Of a stretch of DNA of 64,000 nt, positions 61,401-64,000 are shown one piece after another. Position 1 is the first letter of the stretch. Each line of letters starts with the position of its first letter. The stretch is from Eledone cirrhosa (Eukaryota): NCBI GenBank assembly GCA_964016885.1, contig OZ024742.1, positions 183,582,001-183,646,000 on the forward strand, given 5' to 3'. Below the pieces are notes generated by a model. It had not been told where the DNA came from. It saw nothing but the letters and a program-made list of their open reading frames with translations, and made no database searches. A program made the position numbers and the translations under genes.

Positions 61401-61618
61401 CATAGTATTCCACCTCTGTACTCCCAGCCGCCCCGTGGTTTCATCAGGAAAGCTTACTGAAGCGAAATGTTTATTATCTCAGCCATGTCTTTCCCGTTGG
61501 CCTTCATCTTGTATATATATATCACCATAGCTATCTTTAACTTCGGTGTAGTATTTCTAGCTTATCATCGACCTAGTCTACATTTTCAGGGACCAAGGAG
61601 GTGTTTTAGGTGGTGGGG

Positions 61619-61700
<82 letters not shown>

Positions 61701-62024
61701 TGTACACATACTCACGTAAACACAAACACACACATACCCCCCTCATGCGCACACGTACACGCATACACATACACACACAAACACACACACACGTACACAC
61801 ACACGCGCACATACACCTACACACGCACACATACACCTACACACATACACACACGCACACACAAACACTCACACATCCACAAACAAAAACACACACAAAC
61901 ACACACACGCACACACATACACGCACACATACACACACACTTACACGTACGCACACACACACACACATCTATATGTTGAGGTGCTAAAATACCAAATATT
62001 TTTAAACTGTGCCTCACTATTATT

Positions 62025-62165
62025 ATACGGCCCTTTATGGTCTGAGTTCAAAACCCTCCGAGGTTAACTTTGCCTTTCATCCTTACGGGGTCGATAAAAT
62101 AAAGTACCAGTAATACACTGAGTAATCGCTGGCCTTGTGCCAAAGCCAAAAGTAAAAACAATTAT
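62025..62165 (+). mobile_element. 5'-truncated Deu/Nin-type SINE
   Basis: B-box region, conserved domain and tail. Confidence 0.85.
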
Positions 62166-62296
62166 TTTCTTTAATGGAACGTTGGTAGGTGGGGGTGGGG
62201 CATATACCCCCCCCCCCCCCCCCTGCCACCCCCACAAACACACCCACCCACAGCTCCATGGTCCTTGATTTTAGCATATCCTGTTTACCGTCCTAC

Positions 62297-62345
<49 letters not shown>

Positions 62346-62668
62346 GCAACAACAACAGCCTTCAATCTTTTGTCCTCCTTCGTCCACTTTTTACTACGCA
62401 GTAACATTAATATAATATCATGTGTTTCATTTTCTTTCCTTATCCACCTCCCCCCACTCCCTTATTCTCTCTTTCTCTTTCTGTGTCGCTCTCCCCCCCT
62501 CCCTTTACTCCCATTTCTTCCCCCTCCATTGATGGCATTGTACTTGTTATTCTCTTTGTGAAATCAAGCCTACCAATAGCCAGCCAATCAAAATGCAAAT
62601 AGCAAATCATCTCTTGGGATTAAAGATGTATTTACACTTACTGAGACACTATATAGCTAGAGGTGTGG

Positions 62669-62890
62669 GTGTGAAGGGACGTGGTTTAGTGGTTAGGGTG
62701 TTTGCCTTATAATCTTAACATCATTTCAAAGGGCAGCCATGTCACACACACACTGTCACGCTGAATATCCCCGAGAATTTACGTTGTTGCATGTTTTTAT
62801 AGAAAGCTTACACGTTAATCTAACGAACATGATGTTCCTTTCATTGAATCAACCGGAACGCTCATCGTCGTATTCGACGGAGGTCCTACT
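62669..62890 (+). mobile_element. Degenerate CORE-type SINE
   Basis: GTGAAGGGACGTGGTTTAGTGGTTAGG head; 3' segment like 44330-44600. Confidence 0.55.
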
Positions 62891-63059
62891 TCGATGTGGG
62901 TGTCTTCAAGAATGTTCTATGTTCCTTCATAGTAATGTTATTAAATTAAAGAGAACTGTACAATATAAATTTTAATAAGGAAACGGAACGTATGAGAAGG
63001 AAAAGAAAAAATAAAGAAATTAAGCAATGAAAGAAAGCGAAACGAGGCGGGAGCGTTAG

Positions 63060-63330
63060 ATTCTACACCCCTGTCTGAGCAGTACGTTTCAGCTGCACCC
63101 TAGAAACAAAATGGCGAATGGATATTTGCAAAGAATGGCCAGTGACATCCTCTACAATACCTACCAACCTCACAGAGCTCCTTTCTCAGATGGGCTACTA
63201 CGCTTCCTATTTCAAGGAGGAAAACACCAGTTGGGGGACCGAAAACATCTGAACTCTTGACTCTGACCGACACGAAAAGGAAGCAATCGATTAAGCCCTG
63301 GTATTTGGTTATCTTCGTCCACTCTGCAAA
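63060..63330 (-). mobile_element. Degenerate CRE-type RLE fragment
   Basis: Similar to 41835-42035 (TGGCCAGTGACA..CTCAGATGGGC..GGTATTTG); minus-strand AEWTKITKYQGL. Confidence 0.6.
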
Positions 63331-63589
63331 TTTTCCAACTTCTACTAATTATGGTGGGGTTTCCGTTTGCTCCTTCCGGGCTCAATCAAATAAAGTACCA
63401 GTGAAGTACTGAGGTTGATTTAATCGACTTTCCATCTTACCACCACCAAAGTTATGAATGTGTGCTAATTTAGAAACCATTATCTAACACACACACACAC
63501 ACACAGACACACATATAGTCAACATTTATGTATCTAATTAACATACATATATTCACATACACACACACACACACACACACAAATATATA

Positions 63590-63976
63590 ATCGGGGTCGA
63601 TAAAATAAAGTACCAGTAATGTACTGGGTAATTGCTGGCCTTGTGCCTAAAATAGAAACAATTAATGTATCTAATTAACATATACACATATACATATATT
63701 CACACACACACACACACACACGCACACACACACACATAGACACACACACACACACATATATATATAGTCGACATTAAAGTATCTAATTAGGGCGGTGGAT
63801 TGGCAGTATCGGTAGAGGTTCGGACGCCATGCTTTGACGCACAGAGTTACGGCCCTTGTCATTCTGAGTTCAAATCCCGCCGAGGTTAACTTTACCTTTC
63901 ATCCTTACGGGGTCGATAAAATAAAGTACCAGTAATGTACTGGGTAATTGCTGGCCTTGTGCCAAAAGTAGAAACC
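63590..63976 (+). mobile_element. Partial (63590-63665) and full (63790-63976) Deu/Nin-type SINEs
   Basis: Consensus match. The full copy is flanked by CATTAAAGTATCTAATTA / CATTAATGTATCTAATTA (TSD-like). Confidence 0.88.
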
Positions 63977-64000
63977 ATTAATGTATCTAATTAACATGTA

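Noticed and set aside
53596-61530. Long low-complexity ORFs (477-833 aa)
   Set aside because: Artefacts of simple repeats and the 42-bp minisatellite.

Overview
AT-rich, microsatellite-dense animal genomic DNA with no recognisable host exon. The SINE types and repeat load suggest an octopod cephalopod (inference). The most striking feature is a decayed but near-complete endogenous parvovirus/densovirus-like element on the minus strand (about 2169-5560). Its PLA2-bearing capsid gene lies upstream of the HUH+SF3 NS1 gene on the same strand and is bracketed by a splice donor and a splice acceptor, as if the capsid gene were nested in an NS1 intron. The window also holds: an intact 1182-aa RTE LINE with three C2H2 fingers plus several non-autonomous bipartite derivatives; a decayed hAT/Buster transposon; Tx1 and CRE-type LINE remnants; many tRNA-derived SINEs; a 12-kb 75-bp satellite with block duplications; a 3.1-kb inverted duplication carrying four hammerhead ribozyme motifs; and many (TA)n-flanked fold-back hairpins of probable Penelope-like origin. 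All homology calls come from manual translation and motif recognition, not database searches.
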